From Nemertoderma westbladi (Eukaryota; Animalia; Xenacoelomorpha): DNA of 64,000 bases. The position numbers and the translations under genes were made by a program. Each line of letters opens with the position of its first letter. The first letter of the stretch is position 1. Location: positions 62,001-126,000 of the forward strand of contig JAUCBJ010007426.1 of the NCBI GenBank assembly GCA_032718475.1, written 5' to 3'. The notes under the pieces were generated by a model that saw nothing but the letters and a program-made list of their open reading frames with translations, was not told the DNA's origin and ran no database searches. Shown here one piece after another: positions 48,250 to 60,176 of this stretch.

Positions 48250-48405
48250 TAAAACTACATGCATAATTGTTGCAAAGTACTTTACAGTGTTCTGATCCTC
48301 GTGGCTTTATTATCACTCACTCACTAACGTTCGATCGTGTAACAAAGCCACTCGGATCATCACACTCTAAAGTGCTACTTTACACACAAGTATGTAAATA
48401 GTTAT
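48250..48405. repeat. Short palindromic element
   Basis: TTTACAGTGTTCTGATCCTCGTGGCTTT is imperfectly inverted as AAAGCCACTCGGATCATCACACTCTAAA. Confidence 0.6.
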
Positions 48406-48957
48406 TACATATTTGTAATCTTTGCACGGTCAGCTTTCCATTGCTACCAACAAATTACTATAGGATTGAAGAATAACTGCAGTACGACTGGCGCAATATC
48501 GATGGTGACACTTTTTTCAAAGGCTTGTAGCGAAAATAAAAATTCTGGCTCACCCAGTAAAGAGGGGGTAGATGAAACTATCTCTGTTTAAAATTCACGC
48601 AATCTCATTAAGATTTGTAAAAAAAAAATTTTTTTTGGGGTGGGGGGGGGGGGGGGGTGGTCCTTGTCACTGAATTACGATACTTTATTCCAGGACACGG
48701 TGTATGCCATGGGTCGAAACGGTACAGAAAAGCGTTGGATAAACCTCTGTGACGTCAATCCACATTCACTTATGTAGAACCTTCTTCTATTCTGTGGATT
48801 CTAGTTTAAGGTTTGTGGTTTTTAGTGCCTAATTATTGGAGAAAAAATATAAAATTAGAATCTTTATTGATTCAAGTAGAATAAACTTTTATAAAACCTA
48901 ATTGTTATTTTTTTAAAAGGAATTTATCTTTTATATAGGGAAATTATAGTTTTAAGT

Positions 48958-50220
48958 ATGGATTTTTCTTCTCTGGGTGTAGAATTTAACAGTGATAGGT
49001 TGCCATTAATACGGCAAGAGTTTCCAGTTCCACGAGATGACATTCCTGTGAATCATGGTAGTTTAGGTTCTAGAAATGATCCGTTGCCAGGAGAGAAAAA
49101 CTACTATAGTTTATGTCTAGAAGACATTATATACAACAATTGGAAAACTGGTTCAGGAATACGAGACGCGATGTCAATTAACGATAAGCAACAATGGCGT
49201 TGCAAAAAGTTAGAAATAAGAACCACAACACATGAAGGAGAAGTTATAACTACAATTCAGAATGTCGTAGTAAAGGTTTGTGGCAAATTCCTTGAACAAT
49301 TTGGTACGAAAACAGTAACAAATAACTATTTCTATACTTATGCTTACATCAAAAACAAGTTATTTTGTTTACATATACTCTCCTCAGATGGAAGGTACAA
49401 GGTGGGAGAGACCCAGTTTACGGGAATGGCTTATCAACACAAACACGCATTGAAATTGAAAGTATTCGCGGAAGATGCCTACCGATGTAAACTATATGTT
49501 GTCTTCTATTTTCGGAATAAAGAAGATACTAATTCTATGGTGAACGTTTTAAAAGAACATCATTTACTAGAGTGGCGTTTCCTCATAAACCTTGAAGATA
49601 TTGGTGAAGCATTTCATAGAGGTATATTCGATGCAGCCATCGGGGGGCTCTATGGGACACTGGAGGACGAGTTAGTACGTAGTACTATTGCGGGTGCCCG
49701 AAAACAGCTGCACATTGCCGCTGGTAGTCTATTACCCAACTACTTTATAGCTTTGTTTCAGTGGGTGGAGACATTCTGTTTACATGACCAGAACATATAT
49801 GATATTTCTTATTTGGCACGGATTTTGAGCGACCGTACCTTTGCACGTACGATCACATATGTTACTCACAAGTTATTTGAAAAGGACGAACTTCCTTTCG
49901 GATCCGATACGCAGGATTATGTTATTCGCTGCTTCATACGCTTCAAGGCAAATTTAATATTCCGAAGTGTCCTGAAGATAAGCAACAGATATGTAAAGTG
50001 GGGCTTTACGCAAGCTTTACTCAAGTTGTTCCGGGATCATCTCCAAAAGGTAATGGAAGCTCAGATAATGTATTGCGGTGTTAACGCTCCTAATAATTTA
50101 CTACGAAACCTAGAATCCATCATGAGACGCGTCAACAAAGAAACAGGATGTATGGGTGGCTGTAGTGCGGAGTTTGTAAATATAATTACTGAATTACGGC
50201 GAAGTTTACCAACTGAATAA
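48958..50220 (+). CDS. Uncharacterised 420-aa protein, uninterrupted ORF
   Basis: Long ATG-to-TAA ORF with globular-protein composition. Upstream TGACGTCA (48750-48757) and downstream AATAAA. No motif recognised. Confidence 0.75.
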   Translation: MDFSSLGVEFNSDRLPLIRQEFPVPRDDIPVNHGSLGSRNDPLPGEKNYYSLCLEDIIYNNWKTGSGIRDAMSINDKQQWRCKKLEIRTTTHEGEVITTIQNVVVKVCGKFLEQFGTKTVTNNYFYTYAYIKNKLFCLHILSSDGRYKVGETQFTGMAYQHKHALKLKVFAEDAYRCKLYVVFYFRNKEDTNSMVNVLKEHHLLEWRFLINLEDIGEAFHRGIFDAAIGGLYGTLEDELVRSTIAGARKQLHIAAGSLLPNYFIALFQWVETFCLHDQNIYDISYLARILSDRTFARTITYVTHKLFEKDELPFGSDTQDYVIRCFIRFKANLIFRSVLKISNRYVKWGFTQALLKLFRDHLQKVMEAQIMYCGVNAPNNLLRNLESIMRRVNKETGCMGGCSAEFVNIITELRRSLPTE

Positions 50221-50541
50221 ATACCTATTTATCCCACTAGTACGTCTCAAAATTTTCCAACAATGATACTAACACAAACATACTAACTACTGTACTGTAC
50301 TATATTTCATATTCATTATTCACCCCCCCCCCCCCCCCCCATAAATAAATAAAGACCAATTTTAAGAAATTAATACGATTGCATGAAATTTAAAGCAAAG
50401 GAAGTTTCACCTCTCTCTTCACTGGGCGAGACAGAATTTACATTTTCGCTTAAATCTTTTTCATGTTTATGTTTTAAAAGTTGTTTTTACCAGATATACC
50501 GCAGTTATTCATATAACTTTATAAGTTTTGTTGGTACTGAT

Positions 50542-51731
50542 TGTAAAAGCTTTTGTGGGATAACTGATACGTTTGCCTTTGCTGGCCAGTTCCCCCCCAG
50601 TCGCTAGAATACTCTCAAAGGGATTTATAACTAAAATAGTGCAAGCTACCAGCTTATTGGCTGATGTGCTGTACGGAGATATCTGGGCTCAGTTTAATCG
50701 GCCAACTAGCTTAGAGAGGTTGCCTTAGCCTTGCTGTTCGTGTCGGCCAATAGAATTTGCGTAGGCGTTGATTTCGACCTATCCCAGCGCTACTGAACTG
50801 AATTTCCTATCTCTATGCTCATCCTCTGTGTTGAACGGGGCTTCGTGGAATAAGGGTTTTTGGTATACTCGTATAGTGGCAGTAGTCATATGATTTTATA
50901 TGATTCTGTTGTTGTGTTCCCATTTTCGCCATAACACCGGCTTTTTGGGAAGAACTCTAGTAAAACTGCTTAAATTATCGAAAGTATAAACTGTTATCTA
51001 ACTTAAATCAATCTAATCAATCAACCTACCTATTAATCATATTGTTTGTACTGTTATTTACCGTCAGTTATTAATTGTATCTATTTGTTGATGGAAATAT
51101 TGCTCTTTGGAGAATACTGATAAATCACCCAAATTTCCCAATTTTCTTGATACACTACAGGTTAGAGAGACAGGCTATATATAACAATTGCGATTTATAT
51201 TAATGTGGTGTGTATTGAATCTAATGTTATTTAGCAGACCCTACATGAGTCAATTACTGCTCTCTTTATGTGTGATCAAATATACTGACGGTCGGCAGAA
51301 TAGTGTGCATGATTGTGATTGGTAACAAAGCATTTCCTAAAGAATGCGCTTTATACTTTAATCATAAGCAGTATCGTTGCGTTTAGTATAAGTCCTAGTT
51401 CTGTTTAAATAGATAGAGCGCCACGTCCTAAAGGAACTGTTAATATTTCCCGAAAGCCAATAATATCTGTCAGAAATTAATTATTAACGATCTATCGAAT
51501 AATACAGTAAGTTTACACTGCAACCTTACACTGCAATAATAAAATTTAAGCATCCGAATTCAGCCTCCCGGGTGTAGATCCATCGGGTGAATGATCGCGC
51601 ATGGGCTGACTTCGGCTAATGTTTTGTGTATTAGCATAAAATATTGTCGTATGCTAAAGGTGTTTTAATTAACTAAAAGACATATAAATTTTGGCAGGTT
51701 AAACTGCTAAAGGTCTTCAAAAGCGCGAACA
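50542..51731 (+). repeat. E3 5' LTR (1190 bp)
   Basis: TGTAAAAGC...GCGCGAACA, homologous to the E1 and E2 LTRs. Confidence 0.95.
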
Positions 51732-51744
51732 GTAACAGTTTATA
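51732..51744 (+). promoter_or_regulatory. E3 non-tRNA PBS GTAACAGTTTATA
   Basis: Complementary to the LTR motif TATAAACTGTTAT (50985-50997), with 12 Watson-Crick pairs and a terminal G:U. Confidence 0.75.
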
Positions 51745-53898
51745 ATCTTATTGCAGTAGGCAATAAGGTTGCAAAATACCGTAGTAACCGGTATTTCTGT
51801 AGGTCGGTAGGCCCAACTTTCCTAACCGGTACTGCTGTATAAGTACATTAGTATTATTCGATCTTGATTATTGTATACCGGTAGGTCTCGATATTAAATC
51901 GGGGACGCCTGGTTTTTATTGGGATTATACTTAGGTCTATTTCTGTCAGTTTTATTTACTAGTAGGCTAATATTGAGCAGAAGGCGTGTGACCCTGCTCA
52001 GATTGTTCAGATAATTGTAGGCTGAGCTGCTGTCTGACTGTGTTGAGTTTGGAGAGATTACGGCGTGTGTAGAGTTTGTCTGATCAAGTGCCGTTAGTAA
52101 GTTGGGGCAGCCATATGCGGTAAGGTCAATCCCCTCTTAAAGAATAAGTCGTACTACCGTGTTAGAACGCATACTAACTAACAGTTTCAGAGTCTGCATA
52201 TACTGTAGTTTATTTAGGCTTGATCGTAGTCTGCCAGTGTTTTAGTCTGTGTTTGTTTGTGTGGTCTGTTCAGGTACCGTAATAGTTATTACTCAAATAT
52301 TTTGTAGGCTAGATTGTTGTCTAGCTATTCTTAGGCCTGAAGGGATTGCTGCGTGTGTAGAGTTGGTCTGATAAAGTGCCGTTAGTAAGTTGGGGCAGCC
52401 ATATGCGGTAAGGTCAATCCCCTCTTAAAGAGTAAGTCGTACTACCGTGTTAGAACGCATACTAACTAACAGTTTCAGAATCTGCACATACTGTAGTTTG
52501 TTTAGGCTTGATAGTAGTCTGCCAGCGTTTGGTTTGTATTTTTGTTTGAGTATTCTGTACGGGTAGCGTAATATTTATTATTCAGAGTTTATGCGATTAT
52601 TCGCAACATTCATGTCCCCAAGTTTATTCCTACAGTAATTGTGTTTGTTACACATACCGTTATAGTTAAATTAACCCCGGTACTACACGGGCTGCTTGGC
52701 GTAGGTAAAGACTGGTGACTTTGTGCTTCGGTCACTCCAGCAGATGCCGTGGTTCTTTTAACTGTTCAAGTATATTTAACTGCTGATTATTTGTTATACC
52801 AGTACTTGTACCTAATTTAGGGTTTAGTGTACAGTGCTTTCCGAAGTAATTAGTGTGTAGGCAGTATATTTGTGTTGTAAAGTGGTTGATAGGCACATTC
52901 GTTAGCTCTATTAACTTCTGGGTAGGAACAATCCGTGATACATAACGTAGTACCTATAGCGATACGGTTATAGGTCGTCAGGCGGTGGTATTTTCCTATC
53001 TGGACAACGCAGTGTATTTACTACTACTTATTATTTTCAAATACCGTAGTACCCTGTCCATTGTAATAACCAGAATTCTAACCCTTTGTTAGGCTGGTTT
53101 GTAGACTTCCTGTAAAATTACCCTAAAAAAAAATTCGTACGTAATATTTTCGTTGTGTTTAATTAGAGATTTAATCTCACCCGTATCGTAAGTAATTTGT
53201 AGTATTAAGTAACTTAGGTAAATTAGAATTATCTGTTTTAGTGTCCCCTAAATAGCACTTCACTGAGAGCGCACAGCTTCTGTGTAGTGACCCCCAGAAA
53301 TAATAACATTTATTTCAAATATTGACAAAACCCTTTTAAACGGGTATATATCTATTATAAATCAACTCAAACGATTATAAATAGTAGGCCTGCCATACAA
53401 CAACTAGGTCTCAATATCAGTTGGACTGCTGCTTAAATAACGGTAATAAAGTAAGTTAAAGTAACCAAGTAACCCTAAAATATTCAGAAATTCAATTATT
53501 CTAAAATAATTGACATACCGGTATTTACCATAGGCTTATTATATTTATTTCTATAAATTTGAGCTGAAATCATACCGGTATTCTGTAATTAATTCTAGTA
53601 ATAATTATACTTATATATACTATAAGTGTCAGCTGTATACCGGTATTCACGATAGGCCTATTATATATTTATATATATTTGTGCTAAAATTATATACCGG
53701 TACTCTGTGACAAATCTAGCCTGTAATAATACTTATATATATACTATAAGCATACCGGTATTCTAATATATTATATATATATCACGCTACACTGAGTAGC
53801 AGTATCGGTAATTAATTGTTAGGCTAACGGTGATACTGAATTGCTAGACTTACTTTGACTGTATTTATAGCCGTAGGCATTCAACTGTGTAAACAAAC

Positions 53899-56800
53899 AT
53901 GTCAGACGCAACCCAATCACTGTCAGATAGTCTCTTAGAAAGTGTTAGAATGAGTATTAGACTTAGACAGCGTATTAAAAGGATCTGTGACCAAGATCAA
54001 AGTATAGAACATCCCAGATCCAAGTCTAAGTCACCTACTATTGTAAGAAAGGCCACCCCTACAGTAGTAGTGTCAGACCCTAGGCTAGTAGAACAGCGTA
54101 GGTCTATCATCGGCACTTGCGCCCAAGTCAAGCGGGATCAAGAAGCAGCTGTCAAACCGCAGCAACATCCTAGCCAAGAACCTAGTTCTCAGCGTCCCGA
54201 TAGCTCCAGTAGTTCGGATACTGCTGAGCGGACACCCGAACGCGGAGCGAAGATGGCGGATACGGTTTATGATGAGCGGCCAACCTATGAAGAATCAGCC
54301 GACGCCACTTCTTCTCAAGTGGAAAGCGAAGTGGAAAGCGAATTAACGGCCGCAGAGAAGCTGCGAACTAGAGACGCCATTGACATATATCTGTCAGACT
54401 ATCAGCGATTCATAGGAGACGAAGAGTTGAGGAGACGACTGTCTGGACTTCGCCCTAATAGTGAAGGAACCAAGCTTGTGTTGGACGCAATCGATGCGGA
54501 AATGTTAGCTGCAGAACAAGCTAAATGTGATGAAAAACTCCGCCTCGTTAGAGTCCAAGAAGAACAAATAAAGAAAAAACAGATAGAGAACCGAAAGGCA
54601 GCAGCAGTAAAGGCGGCAGAAGCAGAAGCAGCAAAGGCGGCGGCAGAAGTAGAAGCAGAAAGAAAGGCAGCGGATGTAGAAGCAAAAGGAAAGGCAGCGG
54701 TAGCAGAAGCAGAAAGAAAGGCGGCAGCGGCAATGGCAAAGGCAGTGGCAGAAGCAGAACGGAGAGCGTCTGAGGAGACTGCCCAACTGGAGTTGGAAAA
54801 TCTGCAAGAGACGCAAGACTACATAAATAAACATCTAACTGCTAGTCGAATGCAGAGGATGAGACGATCTACTCCAAAACGCCAGGGATACACATCATCG
54901 GAGGAAAGCGAAACCACCGATCCTGAAGGCGGAGGAAATAGATCTCGTCTAAGCAGGCGTAGAAAAACATCTCACCGTCATAAACTGCCTGATTTGCCCC
55001 CAGCTGTCAGAAGACAACTAGCTAGCACAGACTTAGGTAGTACAGAACCTACAGCCCAAAGTATTAAGGTTCAAAGACTCCCTACAATAGTTGATGAGCC
55101 TGAGATAATTAGGCCTGTCGTTCCCAAAATCACTTCTGTGTTAGAGACCCCTGTACTTCCAGAGCTTAACTCTAAATTCCCTTTACATAGTACTACACTG
55201 CCTGTACCCGGTGGAGCAGTCCAAGAGAATATCCCTGTCCAGATAGCAGAGAGAGAAATCAAAAATTTGTCTCCCGTCGTCCCGCGTCAGCCCGCTACTA
55301 TGTTGGCGACTCCCGCTTCGGCGGTTAAGTGGGTGGAAGAGGGACGGCGGGGGATGAATCTCCTGCTAGGACAGATGCAGGAGACTGTCCACCAACTTAA
55401 GGGAACAGTGAGGGAAGGTAGAGCAGAGTTGCAAGAAGTGCAGCAAAGTATCGCGCTAGAACGCGACAAATTAGTCAATATACAAAAGGGCATACCAATA
55501 CCCCCTGTAACATTGTGTCAACCTGTTAGGTCTGAAGTATTACATGCGCAAGGTGTGGAGCCTACACGCATCTATACTGCTAGTGAAGTTGAAACTCCTA
55601 TAGCAAACCCTATTAAGGGTGATTATAGACCTGTTATTAATGATATTCCCTATAGACCTGATAATGATCCGAGAAATTTATATACCGATAATTCGATATT
55701 AAATAACACGATGGCCCAAGAAAGCTTCACGCGTCAGATGGCTAGAACAGAAGCCCGCCAAGCGGTCAAAGTGGGAGAGATCGTCAAATTCAATGGAGAT
55801 GAGATGAAATGGTTACCTTTCAACGAATATTACAAAGATAGCATACAGAACTCTGTACTATCTAACGGAGAGAAACTTAGATTCCTCATCAAGTGCTTGG
55901 AAGGACCTCCCAAGTTAATGGCGTTAAAGTTTATCGGACATCCAGAAGGATTAAGACAAGTTTGGGATACATTAAACATCAGGTATGGTAACAAGGATAA
56001 CATAGCTAAGTATTTATATGCAAAATTAGTAGCCCCCCGACACTTCCTTAGTAGCGGGATTATAGAGTTTTCCGATGAAATTCAAGAGATCTGTAGACAA
56101 CTGGACTGGTTAGGTAAGTCGCATGAATATCAGAGTTCCATGGTTATTGGAGCCGTAGTCTCTACTTTACCAAAGGGTGGAGTATGTACACGCTGGGACA
56201 AGAAAGTGTTGTACATGAATGAACAACAACGACGAAGCCCTACCATGGCTGATCTCATGTCTTTCTTAAATGGTGAAGTCAAACTACAACTCATCAAGCA
56301 GTCCAGAGAGAAAACATCGGAAAATAAGGTAAGTGAGAAACCCACTTCTAGGAGAAGAGTAACACCAGTGTGTTACACTGACGACGGCGAAAGCCAAGCT
56401 TCCCAAGAAGAGGACAGCGGGAAAGACACAGACCGATCTTATTATGTTGACAAGACCTCAAAGGACGTAAGTAAATACAAGGCTCGAAACAACGATAGGA
56501 GAGAACAGGTTGCCAAGACCCCTCCTCAGTCTCCTAAGAGAATTCACGGAAGAGAGCCCGAAGAAAGAACGAGAGTGCATAACGTTACCCAAGGTAAAGT
56601 GAGTAACATCAAACCAAAATGTGCGCTGTGCGACGGGCCCCACCGTTTGAGTGCGTGTGCTGAATTTCTAAAGAAATCCCCTGTAGACAGACGTACAGTC
56701 CTGTGGAATAAGCGGTTATGCTATAATTGCCTCAGATCAGGACACCAACGGCGAACCTGTTACTCCGACGTAAAGTGTGCAAAGTGTGGCGCGAAACATC

Positions 56801-57918
56801 ACATCTTGTTACACAGTGAGTTCGAACGAGACAACCCGAGTCAGGTAAGTGAGCCCAAATCACATGTCCAATTCAGTGATGTGAACGACACTGACCAAAG
56901 TTCTGAGTGGGAAGGATTCTATACAGACGAATTCTCCGATGCCAACGAATCCTGTTATCTAATAAATATCGCAGTGTATCGAGCACTTACGTACGAAAAA
57001 GACACCGACACGGAGTTCCCCCCAACCACCTTTGACAGACAACCATCTTGGAAAGCTCCAACCTCCCACGTAGGAATACGAGAATTTCCTGTGGTACAGG
57101 TAAGAGTTCACGGTCTTAACAAAAGCTACATAGTGAACGCCCTCCTTGACTCCGGCAGCACAGGAACATTCATCGATCAAGAACTAGCCGAAGATATCTT
57201 TGCTGGACAACCCAAGTTCCGGACTAAATTGAATATGTCAGGAATTATGCAGGTTTGGAAATCTACCCTAACGGCAGATTACTATATAGGTGCGTTGTCC
57301 ACCCCACAGGATAAATTAGGAGAACAAAGTATAAGGTCAGTAAAAATGGTAGCAATAAAGAACTTCGCTACTACCCAAGTAGCACCTTATAACTGGGACG
57401 AGGACGAGAGCATCCAACATCTTGAGATACCTCGATTCCAAACCGATTATCCTGGAGTACAAATCCTCATCGGCCAAAACGCGCACGAGGCGCTCGAGAC
57501 ATTAGAGAAACGGCCTGCTCAACCGCAGCCATTACAAACTTATGCGGTAAGAACTAGAGTAGGTTGGTACTTTACTGGCCCTTCCCGCAGAACTCTTGAA
57601 GAAAGATTGCCACAAGACCGGCTACTTCAAGTAAAGGATTGGGAAGAGGAGAGCAGTGAAGTGGACGAACCCACTGAGGGAACACCATACTCCTCAGATA
57701 ATGACGATATTAACTCCAATGTAGATCAATGGAGACATCGCCCCGAGATGATTAATCCAGCCGACATCGCTTCCAGAGGAGCAACTCCTCAAGAACGGAT
57801 AGATACTCCCGGCTGGTTAAGTGGACCCGACTCCCTAAGTAAAGAAGAAGATGAATGGCCTCCTCATCTTACCACGGCGGAGCGTAGACAGGCCAAGGGA
57901 GCGGAGGAAGTAACATGA
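53899..57918 (+). CDS. gag: E3 Gag-protease ORF (1339 aa) lacking RT, RNase H and integrase
   Basis: Near-identical to E1 Gag and PR. In-frame deletions at ~54265 and ~57715, and integrase removed at ~57915. Confidence 0.9.
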   Translation: MSDATQSLSDSLLESVRMSIRLRQRIKRICDQDQSIEHPRSKSKSPTIVRKATPTVVVSDPRLVEQRRSIIGTCAQVKRDQEAAVKPQQHPSQEPSSQRPDSSSSSDTAERTPERGAKMADTVYDERPTYEESADATSSQVESEVESELTAAEKLRTRDAIDIYLSDYQRFIGDEELRRRLSGLRPNSEGTKLVLDAIDAEMLAAEQAKCDEKLRLVRVQEEQIKKKQIENRKAAAVKAAEAEAAKAAAEVEAERKAADVEAKGKAAVAEAERKAAAAMAKAVAEAERRASEETAQLELENLQETQDYINKHLTASRMQRMRRSTPKRQGYTSSEESETTDPEGGGNRSRLSRRRKTSHRHKLPDLPPAVRRQLASTDLGSTEPTAQSIKVQRLPTIVDEPEIIRPVVPKITSVLETPVLPELNSKFPLHSTTLPVPGGAVQENIPVQIAEREIKNLSPVVPRQPATMLATPASAVKWVEEGRRGMNLLLGQMQETVHQLKGTVREGRAELQEVQQSIALERDKLVNIQKGIPIPPVTLCQPVRSEVLHAQGVEPTRIYTASEVETPIANPIKGDYRPVINDIPYRPDNDPRNLYTDNSILNNTMAQESFTRQMARTEARQAVKVGEIVKFNGDEMKWLPFNEYYKDSIQNSVLSNGEKLRFLIKCLEGPPKLMALKFIGHPEGLRQVWDTLNIRYGNKDNIAKYLYAKLVAPRHFLSSGIIEFSDEIQEICRQLDWLGKSHEYQSSMVIGAVVSTLPKGGVCTRWDKKVLYMNEQQRRSPTMADLMSFLNGEVKLQLIKQSREKTSENKVSEKPTSRRRVTPVCYTDDGESQASQEEDSGKDTDRSYYVDKTSKDVSKYKARNNDRREQVAKTPPQSPKRIHGREPEERTRVHNVTQGKVSNIKPKCALCDGPHRLSACAEFLKKSPVDRRTVLWNKRLCYNCLRSGHQRRTCYSDVKCAKCGAKHHILLHSEFERDNPSQVSEPKSHVQFSDVNDTDQSSEWEGFYTDEFSDANESCYLINIAVYRALTYEKDTDTEFPPTTFDRQPSWKAPTSHVGIREFPVVQVRVHGLNKSYIVNALLDSGSTGTFIDQELAEDIFAGQPKFRTKLNMSGIMQVWKSTLTADYYIGALSTPQDKLGEQSIRSVKMVAIKNFATTQVAPYNWDEDESIQHLEIPRFQTDYPGVQILIGQNAHEALETLEKRPAQPQPLQTYAVRTRVGWYFTGPSRRTLEERLPQDRLLQVKDWEEESSEVDEPTEGTPYSSDNDDINSNVDQWRHRPEMINPADIASRGATPQERIDTPGWLSGPDSLSKEEDEWPPHLTTAERRQAKGAEEVT

Positions 57919-59678
57919 CAGCCTAATCGCCCAGCTGGTCGCTTATGTTTACTGGAAAGAGACCAAAAACTGTCTGGAAACTATGGAAGGCAAGATACTC
58001 TTCCTACGACCACTTCCCTAATCCGACAAATATCTAGGGACTCCATAACGTAATAACATATGGAGTGGGCGTGTGACTATATCATTTTATATTTGTTTTT
58101 ATTTTATATTTATGTATGTATTATTATGTACTTTATTATAATCGTTTTTATTCAATTTTATTTAGTAGAATGTTATTTTAGTGATTATTTAGTAAGATTA
58201 GTGCAATATATTAGTGTTTATTACATACGTAATTACTTATAATATATTTAGTGCGACGGCAAGAAATAATTATTTCTCTTTCCTTACTGTCCGTATTATA
58301 TTATAAATGCGAGACTATAGTAAGATGACATGTCAGTACTTCTTAAAGTACAATAAAGCCACTACTATATTTAAGTATTATTAGTAGGCAGAGTATTAGG
58401 AATGCAAAGTTCAGATCCTCGTGTCTCGGCTAAACCAAGCTCTGGGTAGACCTTGGAAACGACTTGCCTCTTCACACTGACATTGCTTCGTGCGATATTG
58501 CTCTTCTACCTTATAACAAATAATACATATAGTAGCGAGATGTCCCTCTAACAGTAGCGTAAATCGCAAATAAATCTGTTAAATTTTTGACCATCTGTAA
58601 TTCTAGTCGATTAAGATATCGTGGCACCCACCGATATACTTGAAAGACAAATTCTAGAATCAGTGGTTAACGTCCCCAGACAAGTTCTGGAATAAATCGG
58701 TGCCCATCCTAAATATTAATTTAATATTTATAAAAATCTGTAAAATTCAGATCCGTTAACAATTCTAGTCGATTAAGATATCGTAGCACTTACCGATACT
58801 CTTAAAAGACAAATTTCATAGAATTAAGGATCCTATGTCCCCCAGACCTGCTCTGGAATCAAATTGTGTCAATTTTAACATCAAATAATAAAATTCACGG
58901 GAATAAATTTAAATTCATATTCGAATGAATTTCATAAATTGTCATTTTTGTGCAATTTACAACATTCCCAAAATTCCAGTAATTAATAGATCATGGGAGC
59001 GGAGATTCATATTAAGTGTACTAGAGTGCGAGAATCTCCAATATATAGTCAATAGCCGATAAAATTTATAAAATCAGGCATAAAGAGAAGATTGACAATT
59101 AAAGAATTACTATTAAATAACATCCCAGATCTGTATACATGAGAATTGCCCTAATTCTACCGCTAGTTTTCCATAATGTCACCATGGCAACACCCACGCT
59201 AGAATTAGAAGCAAGTTAAAGGAACAATAAAAAGCTTGCCCCATTGCGTAGCATAAGAGTATACATAACGCACTATTAGTATCCAAGGATACATAGTAAT
59301 AACGTGACATTCTGGAAGACACTGACTAACGGACAAATGGCATGCATGTGTGCAGTAAGTAATGATTGTATGGAATTTGTGCGTTTATAGGTGAATGTTA
59401 CTACTAAAGTGTGTTTACAGTAGCTAATCGCAATTGTAAAATAGCCCTAACTCTACCGAGATAACCTCAAGTGGATTCAAGCCTTTGGGGACGGACAGTG
59501 GTGGGACTTGTGCCGGTTATCGTTGTCGTGCTGTTGCTACATGTTGGCGTAAACACTGCGACAACGGTACATCGGCGCTGAGAAACCCACAGTCCGGGGG
59601 CAAAAGCCTAGTAGGCAGCGACGCCCGCTTGCCTAAAATATTAACTCATATTGATATTAATAAACTCAGATAGCAGAT

Positions 59679-60168
59679 ATGACGGAATTGATAGAAGATG
59701 ACCTTGGTATTAGAGAGCGATATACTCTACCTTTACAAGCGTTTGTGGATAGCTTGATACGCGGTGAAGCCGATCCGACTATTACGGAGGACGATGGTCG
59801 TTATATCGAACCGCCGATGTCCCAAGAGCAACTTACGCGTGAATTGGACTATCGAAAATTAACCGCTCGCTATACGCATCGTAATGGTACGTATATGGAC
59901 TTCTTAACTACCGGCCATCCTATCGATTTACATGATACGGACGATGTAGACACCGAAAGGGAAATGGTTCTATTTAAATATCATACCCAGCGGCGTCGTA
60001 ACGATAAACCGAGAATAGATCACGAAAATTCTATTCGTAACAGACTGGGAAGACGAACCAATATGTCTAGAATCTGAGGAGATTCAGCCTATCGCGCTCG
60101 GAACAGCGACAACGATTACATCCTAGAATGGTATCAAAGTCCACAGTGTCTCACTGCGTACAATTATC
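59679..60168 (+). pseudogene. E3 accessory ORF remnant
   Basis: The MTELIEDD... N-terminus is fused by deletion at ~60047 to sequence matching E1 15569-15690. Confidence 0.8.
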
Positions 60169-60176
60169 GCCTCTTT

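Larger units (their letters stand above)
20392..48702. mobile_element. Non-autonomous palindromic DNA transposon (Tc1/mariner-like, TA-flanked), split by E4 and smaller insertions
   Basis: 20392-20654 plus 46965-47070 are the imperfect reverse complement of 47755-47822 plus 48410-48702. Ends are TA|CACC...GGTG|TA. Confidence 0.72.
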
